From the NCBI GenBank assembly GCA_965116795.1, contig OZ220716.1, positions 717,067-781,066 of the forward strand: a DNA stretch of 64,000 nucleotides, written 5' to 3'. Positions 1-9,877 of the stretch are shown here, piece after piece (position 1 is the first letter of the stretch; each line of letters starts with the position of its first letter). The position numbers and the translations under genes were made by a program. Under the pieces are notes generated by a model that was not told where the DNA came from, did not search any database, and saw only the letters and a program-made list of their open reading frames with translations. Source of the DNA: Gammaproteobacteria bacterium. GTDB lineage: Bacteria > Pseudomonadota > Gammaproteobacteria > JAJFKG01.

Positions 1-2162
1 TCTGGGTGACAGTGAAACACTTCTGCAGCAGTGATCCGATGTATATCAGCATTGTTTGCAAAGGCTTCTAATAGCGTTTTATCTTGGGATAAATGTGCCA
101 TGATGCGTAATTCAATTTGTGAATAATCCGCAGCAACAAGTTGGTATCCATTTGGAGCAATGAATGCATGGCGAATACGTCGGCCTTCTTCAGTACGTGC
201 TGGGATATTCTGCAAATTAGGATCAGAGGATGACAAACGACCAGTTGCAGTCACCGCTTGGTGATAGGACGTGTGCACCCGTTTGGTTTTTTGGTTAATT
301 TGTTCTGGCAATTTATCAATATACGCCGAGAGTAATTTGGTTAAATGGCGGTGTTCTAAGATCAATTTTGGTAACGGGTAATCAAGCGCTAATTGTTGCA
401 ATACATCTTCGTTAGTGGATGGTTGTCCAGTTGGAGTTTTTTTCAGGATAGGCAATTGTAATTTGTCAAATAAAATATGTTGTAATTGTTTTGGAGAAGC
501 CAAATTAAATTCTTCGCCAGCTAATTCAATTATATTAGTGGTAACCGTTTGCAAACGTTGATTGAACCTTTGGCGTTGTTTAGCTAATTGTTCAGTGTCT
601 ATCAATACACCATGACATTCCATGCGTGATAACACGGGTATCAAGGGGATTTCGATGGCATTTAATACCTTGATTAGAGAAGGTGTTTGCTGTAATTGTT
701 CGGATAACAAGTAGTGTAGACGCAGTGTGATATCAGCATCTTCAGCCGCATAAGTTGCTGCCTTTTCAATAGTAACTTGATCAAAACACACTTGCTTTGC
801 CCCTTTACCAGCAACCTCTTCAAAATGAATAGTTTGTTCATTTAGATATACATTGGCTAGGGTATTTAAATCGTGGCGGTGGGCAGTGCTATTTAATATA
901 TATGATGCCAGCATCGTGTCATTAACAATGCCTTGCATGTGAATGCTGTAGTTAGCTAATACATTCATATCATATTTAATGTGTTGGCCGACTTTTTTAA
1001 TCGATGGATTTTCCAAGATCGGTTTCAATGCTGCTAATACATGATCACGATTACATTGTTGAGGTGCGTTTGCATACGTGTGAGCAACGGGTACATACAC
1101 TGCTTGGTGTGGGGTGATCGCAAATGATATACCGACAATCTCAGCTGAAGCATAATCCAGTGAAGTTGTTTCGGTATCAAATGCAATCACATCAGCATGG
1201 GTTAGTTTTGCTAACCAGTTAGCTAAATCAGCGTTTGTTAATACAGTATAATAATGTCTTTTTTGTATTTGTTTTGATGTGTTATCACCAGTTGCATGTT
1301 GATCCAATAATTCAGACAACCAGCGTTTGAATTCCAATTCACGAAACAGTGAAATTAATTGATCATGATCCGCTTTATTAATAGTTAGCTCAGTGATGCT
1401 AACTGGCAATTCAACATCGTACTTAATTGTAACCAGTTGTTTCGCCAGTGGTAGTTGATCAAGGTGTTGACGTAAGTTCTCTCCTACTTTGCCTTTAATG
1501 GCAGTTGCATTATCGATGATTGCCGCTAGATTGCCGTATGCATGTAACCACTTGGCAGCTGTTTTAGGACCGACATTGGGTATGCCAGGAATGTTATCGA
1601 TTTTATCACCCATTAACGCCAGGTAATCGATGATTTGATCAGGTGTCACACCAAATTTCTCAATAACTGCATCAGTATCCAGTGTTTTTTCACTCATGGT
1701 GTTGACTAATGTGATGTGCTCATTAACCAATTGCGCCATGTCTTTATCACCGGTTGAAATGACAACCGGCCAGTGATGTTGGCTAGCTTGTGTGGCCAAA
1801 GTACCAATCACATCGTCAGCTTCAACACCATCCACAGCAATTAATGGAAATCCCATGGCGCGCACAACGGCGTGTAGTGGTGTAATTTGTTCAGCTAATT
1901 CTTCTGGCATTGCTTCGCGATTTGCTTTGTAATCTGGGTATAAGTCGTCACGAAATGTTTTAGCTTTGGTATCAAAGATCACCGCCATGTGTGATGGTTG
2001 ATAATCGGTGCGTAGTTTGCGTAACATATTCACTACGCCGTAGATGGCACCGGTTGCTTGGCCTTGACGATTGGTTAATGGCGGTAATGCATGATACGCA
2101 CGAAATAAATAGGATGAGCCGTCAACGAGGATCAGTGGTTTGGTAGGTTTTGTTATTGACAT
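1..2162 (-). CDS. polA: DNA polymerase I, 5' part of the gene (N-terminal 5'-3' exonuclease and start of 3'-5' exo/polymerase region). Truncated by the window edge.
   Basis: Reverse-strand translation from the ATG at 2160-2162 gives MSITKPTKPLILVDGSSYLFRAYHALPPL..., the canonical Pol I N-terminus. The open frame runs to position 1. It is not in the ORF track because no stop lies in the window. Confidence 0.9.
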   Translation of the reverse strand, partial: MSITKPTKPLILVDGSSYLFRAYHALPPLTNRQGQATGAIYGVVNMLRKLRTDYQPSHMAVIFDTKAKTFRDDLYPDYKANREAMPEELAEQITPLHAVVRAMGFPLIAVDGVEADDVIGTLATQASQHHWPVVISTGDKDMAQLVNEHITLVNTMSEKTLDTDAVIEKFGVTPDQIIDYLALMGDKIDNIPGIPNVGPKTAAKWLHAYGNLAAIIDNATAIKGKVGENLRQHLDQLPLAKQLVTIKYDVELPVSITELTINKADHDQLISLFRELEFKRWLSELLDQHATGDNTSKQIQKRHYYTVLTNADLANWLAKLTHADVIAFDTETTSLDYASAEIVGISFAITPHQAVYVPVAHTYANAPQQCNRDHVLAALKPILENPSIKKVGQHIKYDMNVLANYSIHMQGIVNDTMLASYILNSTAHRHDLNTLANVYLNEQTIHFEEVAGKGAKQVCFDQVTIEKAATYAAEDADITLRLHYLLSEQLQQTPSLIKVLNAIEIPLIPVLSRMECHGVLIDTEQLAKQRQRFNQRLQTVTTNIIELAGEEFNLASPKQLQHILFDKLQLPILKKTPTGQPSTNEDVLQQLALDYPLPKLILEHRHLTKLLSAYIDKLPEQINQKTKRVHTSYHQAVTATGRLSSSDPNLQNIPARTEEGRRIRHAFIAPNGYQLVAADYSQIELRIMAHLSQDKTLLEAFANNADIHRITAAEVFHCHP

Positions 2163-2240
2163 ACTGTGAATCATCTTGCTGCATTTCTAAGTGCGGAGAG
2201 TATATACTAGATAAAACGATGGGTAAATTTAAGGAATTAC

Positions 2241-3200
2241 ATGGCAGTCTACACACCAGTAACACATGCTGATTGCAATACATTCTTACAACATTATACC
2301 TTAGGCGAGTTACGCGATTTGATTGGGATCAGCAGTGGGGTGACCAATACCAATTACTGTTTGCTGACCACGTCTGGTCAATATGTATTAACATTATTCG
2401 AGCACATTAATGCAGAACGGTTGCCATTTTATTTGGATTTAGTGACGCATTTGGCGAATGCTGGCCTACCCTGCGCACAACCGATTGCTGATAATAATCA
2501 CAATAGCGTACAAATGCTAAAGGGGAAACCAGCTGTTATTCAACGTTGGTTGCCGGGGAAAGCAGTGACAACGCCATCGATTGCACAATGCAGTGCAGTG
2601 GGTGATTTATTATGGCAATTGCATCATGCTGTTAATACATTTTCACAACAGCGTATTAACGTACGTGGACAAGCCTGGCGTGAAGAGATGTTATCTAAGT
2701 GTCGGCAGTATGTTGATGAAACAGCAGGCCAATACATGCAACGTGCTGTGACCATATGTGCGCAACTGCCATGGCAACAATTACCGCAAAGCATTATCCA
2801 TGCTGATTTATTTCCAGATAATGTATTATTCGATCATGATCACATCAGCGGTGTATTTGATTTTTATTATGCTTGTTACGATGCACGATTATTAGATGTT
2901 GCAATTACGGTGAATGCGTGGAGCATAGATGAAAACAGTGGCAAACTTGATCTAGATAAAGCACGTGCATTGTTATCACGTTATCAAGATAATTACCAAT
3001 TTGCTGCAATAGAAAAACAATATTGGCCACAGGCATTAGTTGCTGCTGCACTGCGCTTTTGGTTATCACGTGTCTATGACCAGCACGTTGCAAGTCCTGA
3101 TCCGACAGGGATCAATCAAGTAAAACCACCACAGCCTTATTATCAGTTATTGTTATTTTATCTTAATCAACCTAATACACTCGGTGCCCTTGAATTGTAG
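2241..3200 (+). CDS. thrB: homoserine kinase type II (Pseudomonas-type ThrB, aminoglycoside-phosphotransferase fold)
   Basis: 319-aa ORF with a ...HADLFPDNVLF...DFYYACYDARLLDVAITVNAW motif typical of APH-fold homoserine kinases. It lies divergent from polA, as in pseudomonads. Confidence 0.8.
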   Translation: MAVYTPVTHADCNTFLQHYTLGELRDLIGISSGVTNTNYCLLTTSGQYVLTLFEHINAERLPFYLDLVTHLANAGLPCAQPIADNNHNSVQMLKGKPAVIQRWLPGKAVTTPSIAQCSAVGDLLWQLHHAVNTFSQQRINVRGQAWREEMLSKCRQYVDETAGQYMQRAVTICAQLPWQQLPQSIIHADLFPDNVLFDHDHISGVFDFYYACYDARLLDVAITVNAWSIDENSGKLDLDKARALLSRYQDNYQFAAIEKQYWPQALVAAALRFWLSRVYDQHVASPDPTGINQVKPPQPYYQLLLFYLNQPNTLGALEL

Positions 3201-3376
3201 GCATTGTTGGCTGTGCGATATTGCCACAGTCATGTATGTCAATATACACTCCTATGTCAATATCGCTTGCCGCCTCGCCTACAATCCAATTGCTTGAGTC
3301 TATACGTCGTTCCAACTCAAATGAATCCGCATATCTTTTACTTGATAGGGTATATACCAATTAATTCATCATTTTT

Positions 3377-4210
3377 ATGTTAAAATCCAGCACATCGCAC
3401 AATAGGAGAATTTGCATGTTACGCTTACACACTGTTCCACAAACGGTGGCTGAGTTAATTAAATCAAGCTGTATTGCTTGGAAAAGCACATTTAAACATA
3501 TTCGTTATTTTATCGGACCACTGACGTTGGTCAAAACAATATATCCCCTATTGCTATTACAATTAACAGCAACAATGAATGCATCTGTTGAGCAGCATGG
3601 TTTAATGTTAGGGCTATTATTAATTACGTTGATAGCAACCATGATCATGGGTTGCTGCTTTTTTGCAGTGTTTAGTGCAACACAGAATAATTCACTGTCT
3701 GCAGGAGCAGTTGTGACGGCTGTTAGTCAACGTAGTCTAGTGTTTTTAAGTACATGGCTATTGTGCACTCTATTAACCATAGTCGGATCATTATGTTTTA
3801 TTGTGCCAGGTGTTTTATTCTATTTATACACTAAATATGCCAAATTAATTGCATTATTTGATAATGTAACCGTTACTCAAGCAGTGACTAGCAGTTTACG
3901 GTTAGTGTCAGGCAATTGGTGGCGGGTGTTAGCAGTAGAAGCATTTATCGTGCTCGTCAATGTTATTACATTTTTATTAGCAAAAGCGGTTATATCATTA
4001 TTGATGACACCAATTATGTTAACGATAACAGATGGCAGTATGCTACATCCAATGTTCGATGAAATAGTAACTTTTCTGATTATACTGTGCATGCATATTG
4101 TTGCTATACCATTGCTAGTTAATATTCAATTGTTACAGTTACACGATTTAAAATTACGTTACGGTGTACAGCAACGTGATGATCTTGAGCAAGACAGTGT
4201 TATTTGTTAG
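3377..4210 (+). CDS. hypothetical multi-pass membrane protein. The likely true start is ATG 3416 (MLRLHTV...).
   Basis: 277-aa ORF with several long hydrophobic segments. No recognisable catalytic motif. Confidence 0.5.
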   Translation: MLKSSTSHNRRICMLRLHTVPQTVAELIKSSCIAWKSTFKHIRYFIGPLTLVKTIYPLLLLQLTATMNASVEQHGLMLGLLLITLIATMIMGCCFFAVFSATQNNSLSAGAVVTAVSQRSLVFLSTWLLCTLLTIVGSLCFIVPGVLFYLYTKYAKLIALFDNVTVTQAVTSSLRLVSGNWWRVLAVEAFIVLVNVITFLLAKAVISLLMTPIMLTITDGSMLHPMFDEIVTFLIILCMHIVAIPLLVNIQLLQLHDLKLRYGVQQRDDLEQDSVIC

Positions 4211-4217
4211 TGACTGA

Positions 4218-4991
4218 TTGGAGATAGATAGCATGGAGTTTTTAGGGAAAAAAGTCATTGTTACGGGTGCGAATCGTAGTATGGGACAAGATGCAGCAAT
4301 TGCCTTTGCAAAACAAGGTGCTGATGTTGCCATTAGTTATCGTAGCGATAAAACCGGTGCTGAGAAAACAGTACACACTATCGAAGCATTAGGTCGTAAG
4401 GCGTGTGCGTTTTATGCAGACTTTTCTGAGATGAAAAATGTGGCAGCGTTTGCTGAGCAAGCAATTGCTTACTTAGGTGGTGTCGATGTGTTAGTCAATA
4501 ATGCGGGTATATTGTTACGTCAACCGCTATTGGAGTTGTCTGTTGAGCAAATGCAACGTGTCTTTCAAATCAATACGATTGCCCCACTATATTTAACCCA
4601 ACAATGTGCGGCTAATATGGTTAGTCATAATAGTAAAGGTTGTATTATTAATATTTCGTCGATTTCTGGGGAAGTCACGATGCCTAATCGCATTGGTTAT
4701 GCTGCATCTAAAGCAGCGATGAATAAGTGGACTAAGAATGCAGCGCTTGATTTAGCAGAACAGGGTATTCGAATTAATGCCATAGCACCCGGTGTGATTG
4801 AAGCCGGTATGAATGAAAATACTGTAAAAACCGATCCAGATCTATGGGCACAGCATCAACGTCGGATCCCATTAGGCCGTGCTGGGAAACCCGATGATAT
4901 TACCCAAATGATTTTGTTTCTCGCGTCTAATCAAAAAGCTAGTTGGATCACCGGCAAAGTATTTACTGTCGATGGTGGACAGGTGCTGTAA
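4218..4991 (+). CDS. short-chain dehydrogenase/reductase (SDR family oxidoreductase)
   Basis: The TGANRSMG glycine-rich NAD(P) motif, NNAG, and the S...YAASK catalytic triad spacing are classical SDR signatures. Confidence 0.85.
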   Translation: MEIDSMEFLGKKVIVTGANRSMGQDAAIAFAKQGADVAISYRSDKTGAEKTVHTIEALGRKACAFYADFSEMKNVAAFAEQAIAYLGGVDVLVNNAGILLRQPLLELSVEQMQRVFQINTIAPLYLTQQCAANMVSHNSKGCIINISSISGEVTMPNRIGYAASKAAMNKWTKNAALDLAEQGIRINAIAPGVIEAGMNENTVKTDPDLWAQHQRRIPLGRAGKPDDITQMILFLASNQKASWITGKVFTVDGGQVL

Positions 4992-5013
4992 CAGAACAAA
5001 TAAAACAGAGTAA

Positions 5014-5940
5014 TTAAACATACGTTAAATACTGACTAAACTCGGGCAGCTTACCGTGTACAGTGTCACTATACAATGACATGATCGTTGAAGTTAACTG
5101 GCCAGTTTCGCCATTGCTTATGGTGCGATCATCTAACCGATGAAACGGTGTTATTTCAGCAGCGGTACCACAGAAGAATGCTTCATCAGCATTATACATA
5201 TCATCTAAGGTTAATACGGTTTCTTTTGCAGTAATATTATATTGTTTAGCTAAATCAAATACGGTTTGCCGAGTCAATCCCGGTAAAATGGTTTCTGATG
5301 GTGGTGTCAATAACGCATTATCTTTTACAATAAAGACATTTGCACCTGATCCTTCTGCAACATTGCCATCGGCATCAAGTAATAATACATCACTATAATC
5401 GGTGTTAATAATTTCTTGTAGTGCTAAGATACTGTTAATATAGTGACCGCTAATTTTAGCATCCGTTACTGTGGAGCGTGGGTGAATGCGAATATAACGA
5501 CTGGTTTTAACGGCCAAGTTGTCAGCAGGTAAATATTTTCCCCAGGGAAATGCAGCAATTGCAACCTCAATGGGTACTGTTTTCGGATAGATCCCTAATT
5601 TGTCTGCACCATAAAATGCGATTGGACGAATATAACACGCATCTAATTTAATTTGGCGTACTAGTTCACACGTTGCATCAATTAATTGGGCTGCAGAATA
5701 CGGTAATGTCATCTTTAACACAGATGCTGAATATAAAAAGCGTTCGATATGATCGGTTAAGCGAAATATAGCCGTGCCTTTATCAGTTTGGTAAGCACGG
5801 ATCCCTTCAAATACACCACTACCATAATGCAATCCGTGAGTTAACACGTGTACAGTTGCTTGGTCCCACGGAACAAAGTGACCATTTTGCCAAATAGGGC
5901 TAGGTGTCTCCACGTATGCATTACTCCTGTGATTGTGCAA
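5014..5940 (-). CDS. ilvE: branched-chain-amino-acid aminotransferase
   Basis: 308-aa ORF with fold-type IV PLP aminotransferase motifs (..EGSGANVFIVKD.., ..GTAAEITP..) and IlvE size. Confidence 0.85.
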   Translation of the reverse strand: MHNHRSNAYVETPSPIWQNGHFVPWDQATVHVLTHGLHYGSGVFEGIRAYQTDKGTAIFRLTDHIERFLYSASVLKMTLPYSAAQLIDATCELVRQIKLDACYIRPIAFYGADKLGIYPKTVPIEVAIAAFPWGKYLPADNLAVKTSRYIRIHPRSTVTDAKISGHYINSILALQEIINTDYSDVLLLDADGNVAEGSGANVFIVKDNALLTPPSETILPGLTRQTVFDLAKQYNITAKETVLTLDDMYNADEAFFCGTAAEITPFHRLDDRTISNGETGQLTSTIMSLYSDTVHGKLPEFSQYLTYV

Positions 5941-6121
5941 TATTATTGAACATTATGGCCGCGTCATTATAGAGTGTGGTTGCGCAAAACCCAACTGGAT
6001 CGCAACGTGATTAACCGTTAATGCGCTGATATTGCCTAATTTTCTGCTTAAATTGACTAATTAACATCGCCTTGCTAGGATAATATTTCAGTTTTTACGG
6101 ATCCTAGAGCAATTAACTGCA

Positions 6122-6205
6122 ATGAAATTAGTAACACCGTTAATGATGATGTCGATGCCAAGCCTATGCACTGTGCGGCGGGTTGGGGCGATGAGTTTGA
6201 TGTAA
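6122..6205 (+). CDS. candidate 27-aa leader peptide MKLVTPLMMMSMPSLCTVRRVGAMSLM, rich in Met codons, upstream of metN
   Basis: Read directly: ATG at 6122, stop TAA at 6203-6205. The Met codons cluster (ATG ATG ATG TCG ATG at 6143-6157, plus ATG at 6191 and 6200). It lies 40 nt upstream of a terminator hairpin. Too short for the ORF track. Confidence 0.35.
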   Translation: MKLVTPLMMMSMPSLCTVRRVGAMSLM

Positions 6206-6244
6206 CAGTGTACTAACTTTTTCAACTCACGAACGCAACTTAAC

Positions 6245-6279
6245 GCCAGTGTTCACTTAGATGACACTGGCGTTTTTTT
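6245..6279 (+). terminator. intrinsic terminator-like hairpin (CGCCAGTGT...ACACTGGCG followed by TTTTTTT) directly preceding the metN start. Possible attenuator.
   Basis: Perfect 9-bp GC-containing stem followed by a 7-T run. It sits between the leader peptide and metN. Confidence 0.5.
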
Positions 6280-6290
6280 ATGACAAAACA

Positions 6291-7343
6291 ATGTTAAATG
6301 AGCAAGCTAAGATGTTGAAATTAACCCAAGTCAGTAAACAATATCATGTGCAGCAACAGACCGTCACAGCGCTACGCGATATTAACGTGTCGATTAAGCG
6401 TGGTGACATTGTTGGGATCATTGGTAAAAGTGGTGCTGGCAAGAGCACATTGATCCGTTGTATCAATTTGTTAGAACGTCCGAGTAGCGGTGATATCTTC
6501 ATTGACGATGTGAATTTGATGACATTATCGACAGCAGACTTACGTCAAGCACGACGTAAAATGAGCATGATTTTTCAGCATTTTAATTTATTAACATCGC
6601 GTAATGTTTTTGACAATGTTGCCTTGCCATTAGAATTGCAAGGCATGGATAAGCTAGCAATTGCCAATACTGTTGATCCATTACTCGAGTTAGTTGAATT
6701 AAGCGATAAACGTGAGCATTTTCCACATCAATTAAGTGGTGGGCAAAAACAGCGGGTAGCCATTGCGCGTGCGCTAGCTACTGAACCGCGTTTATTGTTA
6801 TGTGATGAAGCTACGTCTGCATTAGATCCAGAAACAACCCACACCATTTTGGCATTGTTAAAGCGGATCAACCAAGACATGGGACTCACGATTGTGTTAA
6901 TTACCCACTCGATGGATGTGATTAAACAGATTTGTGATCGGGTTGGGATCATCGACAATGGTAAGTTGGTTGAATACGGTGATGTGATTAATGTATTTGC
7001 TGAACCAACACACCCAGTGACTCAACGTTTAATTGGTCAAGCATTTCATTTGGAATTGCCAGAGAATTTACAACAACGTGTGGTGTTTGAACCCGCCGCT
7101 GGTTTGTATCCCCTGGCTCGCTTAACCTTTGTGAATAATTCAGCGAATACGCCATTGGTAACCGATATTCATCAACGTTTTGGCGTGGTGGTGAATATTC
7201 TACAAGCTGATCTGGAATACATTCATGGTAATAACATTGGTTTTATGCTGTGCCAATTGATTGGTGAGTCAGCTGCAATTGAACAGGTATTAACTTACTT
7301 AACCACTCAATCGGTGAAGTCAGAGGTGTTAGGTTATGTCTGA
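6291..7343 (+). CDS. metN: methionine ABC transporter ATP-binding protein. The track ORF begins at 6261 inside the terminator hairpin. ATG 6291 or 6312 is more plausible.
   Basis: Walker A GKSGAGKST, ABC signature LSGGQKQR, Walker B LLLCDEATSALD, and a C-terminal NIL/MetN-type regulatory domain. Confidence 0.85.
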   Translation: MLNEQAKMLKLTQVSKQYHVQQQTVTALRDINVSIKRGDIVGIIGKSGAGKSTLIRCINLLERPSSGDIFIDDVNLMTLSTADLRQARRKMSMIFQHFNLLTSRNVFDNVALPLELQGMDKLAIANTVDPLLELVELSDKREHFPHQLSGGQKQRVAIARALATEPRLLLCDEATSALDPETTHTILALLKRINQDMGLTIVLITHSMDVIKQICDRVGIIDNGKLVEYGDVINVFAEPTHPVTQRLIGQAFHLELPENLQQRVVFEPAAGLYPLARLTFVNNSANTPLVTDIHQRFGVVVNILQADLEYIHGNNIGFMLCQLIGESAAIEQVLTYLTTQSVKSEVLGYV

Positions 7344-8784
7344 GTTTGCAATTATTCCATTAATCAAAGCGATGTGGGAAACATGGTACATGGTATTTGT
7401 TGCCAGTGCAGTTGGTATCACTGTTGGATTAGTATTAGGTGTGATCTTGTTTTTTACTGAAAAAAGTCAAGGTAAGGGATTACGTTATCTGCATCAAGGA
7501 TTAGGGTTTATCATTAACGTCACTCGATCGGTACCATTTATTATTTTATTAATTGGCGTGATCCCATTAACCAGTTTGTTAGTCGGTACGTATATTGGTA
7601 CCACTGCTGCGATTGTGCCGCTAACCATTGCGGCTATCCCGTTTTATGCCAGAGTCAGTGAAGCTGCATTAGCAGAAGTACCGCACGGTTTGTTAGAAGC
7701 TGCATTTGCAATGGGCACTACACGTTGGCAATTAGTGCGTTATGTATTGTTACCAGAGGCATTGCCTAGTTTAGTCAAAGGGGCAACGTTAACCATCATC
7801 GGGTTAGTTGGTTATTCAGCAATGGCGGGTGCAGTTGGTGGCGGTGGCTTAGGTGAATTAGCGATTAATTATGGTTATCAGCGCTTTGATCCGATTGTCA
7901 TTGTAGAAACCGTGATTTTATTGGTTGTATTAGTACAAATACTACAAAGTGTTGGAGATGTGATTGCGAAAACACGACGCCTGTCAATTTTATATATTGC
8001 TGTTGGCGTTGCTGCTGGTTGTGCATTGTTACCCTTTGCTGTGGCAAAGTCCTTGGAAAAAACCGATGTGATCCGTGTTGGTATTATCGCTGGAGTACAA
8101 CAAGATATTATGCAAGTGGCGCAACACGTTGGGCGTGAACGTTACGGTGTGGAATTAGACATAGTCACCTTTGACGATTATGCACTGCCGAATATTACAT
8201 TGAATGATGGTAAAATCGATGCGAATATTTTCCAGCATGAGCCGTATTTGCAAGCGCAAGTACGTGATCACGGTTTGCAATTAGCGGTGATTGGCAAAAC
8301 ATTTGTGTATCCAATGGGGTTTTACTCGAAAAAAATAACGGATAGTTCACAATTGCCAGCAAAGGCATTGGTAGCGGTTGCTAATGATCCGAGTAACCAG
8401 GCACGTGCCTTATTAATCTTACAACATGCCGGGTTGATCCGCTTAACATCCGATGTATCGGTTAATACCAGTTTGCGAGATGTGATAAGCAACCCAAGGC
8501 AGTTACGCTTGGTGGCAATGGATGCGGCACAATTGGCACATGCATTGTCTAATGCCGATTTAGTGGCGATCAACAATGACTTTTTACCGATGACAGGGTT
8601 AACCCCACAAGATGCGGTGTTGCATGAAAGTAAGGAATCACCGTATGCCAATCTGATTGTGGTCAATCGTCGCGATCAACAAGCACCTTGGACTGACACC
8701 TTAGTTGCAATCATGCATTCGCCTGAAGTGGTTAATGCCACAATGGAGTTGTATCCACATGGTGGTGCAGTGAGTGCGTGGTAG
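7336..8784 (+). CDS. metIQ: fused methionine ABC permease (MetI-like, N-terminal ~220 aa) and NlpA/MetQ-family substrate-binding domain (C-terminal ~260 aa)
   Basis: The N-terminal half has the ABC TMD with the EAA-like loop (EAAFAMGTTRWQLVRYVLLPEALP). The C-terminal half matches the lipoprotein-28/MetQ fold. A residual lipobox-like LAAGC occurs at the junction. The ORF overlaps the metN stop (7336-7343). Confidence 0.75.
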   Translation: MSEFAIIPLIKAMWETWYMVFVASAVGITVGLVLGVILFFTEKSQGKGLRYLHQGLGFIINVTRSVPFIILLIGVIPLTSLLVGTYIGTTAAIVPLTIAAIPFYARVSEAALAEVPHGLLEAAFAMGTTRWQLVRYVLLPEALPSLVKGATLTIIGLVGYSAMAGAVGGGGLGELAINYGYQRFDPIVIVETVILLVVLVQILQSVGDVIAKTRRLSILYIAVGVAAGCALLPFAVAKSLEKTDVIRVGIIAGVQQDIMQVAQHVGRERYGVELDIVTFDDYALPNITLNDGKIDANIFQHEPYLQAQVRDHGLQLAVIGKTFVYPMGFYSKKITDSSQLPAKALVAVANDPSNQARALLILQHAGLIRLTSDVSVNTSLRDVISNPRQLRLVAMDAAQLAHALSNADLVAINNDFLPMTGLTPQDAVLHESKESPYANLIVVNRRDQQAPWTDTLVAIMHSPEVVNATMELYPHGGAVSAW

Positions 8785-8827
8785 GATCTAAATTAAGAAG
8801 TGTTTCTGTTAGCAATTAAAGTGGACA

Positions 8828-9262
8828 TTACCTTAAGAAGAAATCAGCACTAACGCCAAACATTTTTTTCAATCCGATTATTTGTGTTTTTGATAATTCT
8901 CGTTGGCCATTTAAAAATTTTGACACATTGGCTTGGCTACCAAATATTGATGCCAAATCTTTTTGGTATAGATTATTTATTTTCATTAGATATTTTACCA
9001 TTTCAATATCACTCACATCTTCACCAATAGCAGGATAATGTTCATTATCATACGCTTCTAAATTATCACCAATGATTTCCATCACAGTAGCCAGTGGATG
9101 GTTACCATTATCTTGGACTTGATCGATTAGGTTATCGAGTAAGCGTTGTAGTCGATGGTAGTCACTACCATTAGTTGGTTTTTTAAAAATGGTGACTGGT
9201 TGATGGAATACTTGCTTTGTTTTACCATCAACGTAATCAATCTTTAATCGTGCAGTTTTCAT
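8828..9262 (-). CDS. higA: HigA-family antitoxin (HTH-XRE)
   Basis: 144 aa with a C-terminal HTH. Overlaps the upstream toxin gene by 4 nt (toxin first, antitoxin second, the HigBA order). Confidence 0.7.
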   Translation of the reverse strand: MKTARLKIDYVDGKTKQVFHQPVTIFKKPTNGSDYHRLQRLLDNLIDQVQDNGNHPLATVMEIIGDNLEAYDNEHYPAIGEDVSDIEMVKYLMKINNLYQKDLASIFGSQANVSKFLNGQRELSKTQIIGLKKMFGVSADFFLR

Positions 9263-9567
9263 AATTCACCTGTTTTTAATTTCTGTTGGTTTATCCGTTT
9301 ACTATATTCAGCATGTGTCCAGATAGTTCGTATGTAGCAGCGTTGTCGGTTATAATGTATAGCTGTAATTAAACGGTAATGGTTGCCACCAATATCAAAA
9401 ATAGTATAGCCATGTGCTGGGTCAACACTGTTAAATATGTTTTTTAGTTCGCTAATATTACGAATATCTTGTGAGTATATTTTGTAATACCAATTGACTA
9501 ATGGCAGTTTTGCTTGCGGATTGTTTGTGTAATAGTCCCGCAATTTTTTCTTTAATATAACCCGCAT
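9259..9567 (-). CDS. higB: HigB-family mRNA interferase toxin (RelE/ParE superfamily)
   Basis: ...FDIGGNHYRLITAIHYNRQRCYIRTIWTHAEY closely parallels the E. coli HigB motif FNVGGNELRVVAMVFFESQKCYIREVMTHKEY. Confidence 0.75.
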   Translation of the reverse strand: MRVILKKKLRDYYTNNPQAKLPLVNWYYKIYSQDIRNISELKNIFNSVDPAHGYTIFDIGGNHYRLITAIHYNRQRCYIRTIWTHAEYSKRINQQKLKTGEL

Positions 9568-9877
9568 TTCATTTTTATACCTATATCAATGACTCCATAT
9601 TTAAGCAGTATAAGTCAGATTGACATATATATCAATCTGACTTATTTCGAAGCAACAAAACAGGATATACTGATTTCTATCATTTGAACGGCTGCGTGTA
9701 ACACAGTATCGGACATCAATTTTAACCAGTCTATTTACACTTAACACTTTGTTTTAACTGGTTTTATTAGCAAGATCATGGTGTTTTGCCAAATTGGCAC
9801 TCTCAGGCAAAGAGTGCTAAAATCGCCGGTAGATTAACTAATTATATGTACCTTACATCTTGCAAGAGGAGTTTATT

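Noticed and set aside
2905-3360. Minus-strand ORFs 2905-3093 and 3172-3360 overlapping thrB and its 3' flank
   Set aside because: They are antisense to a well-supported gene, have no RBS and no recognisable motifs. Typical shadow ORFs.
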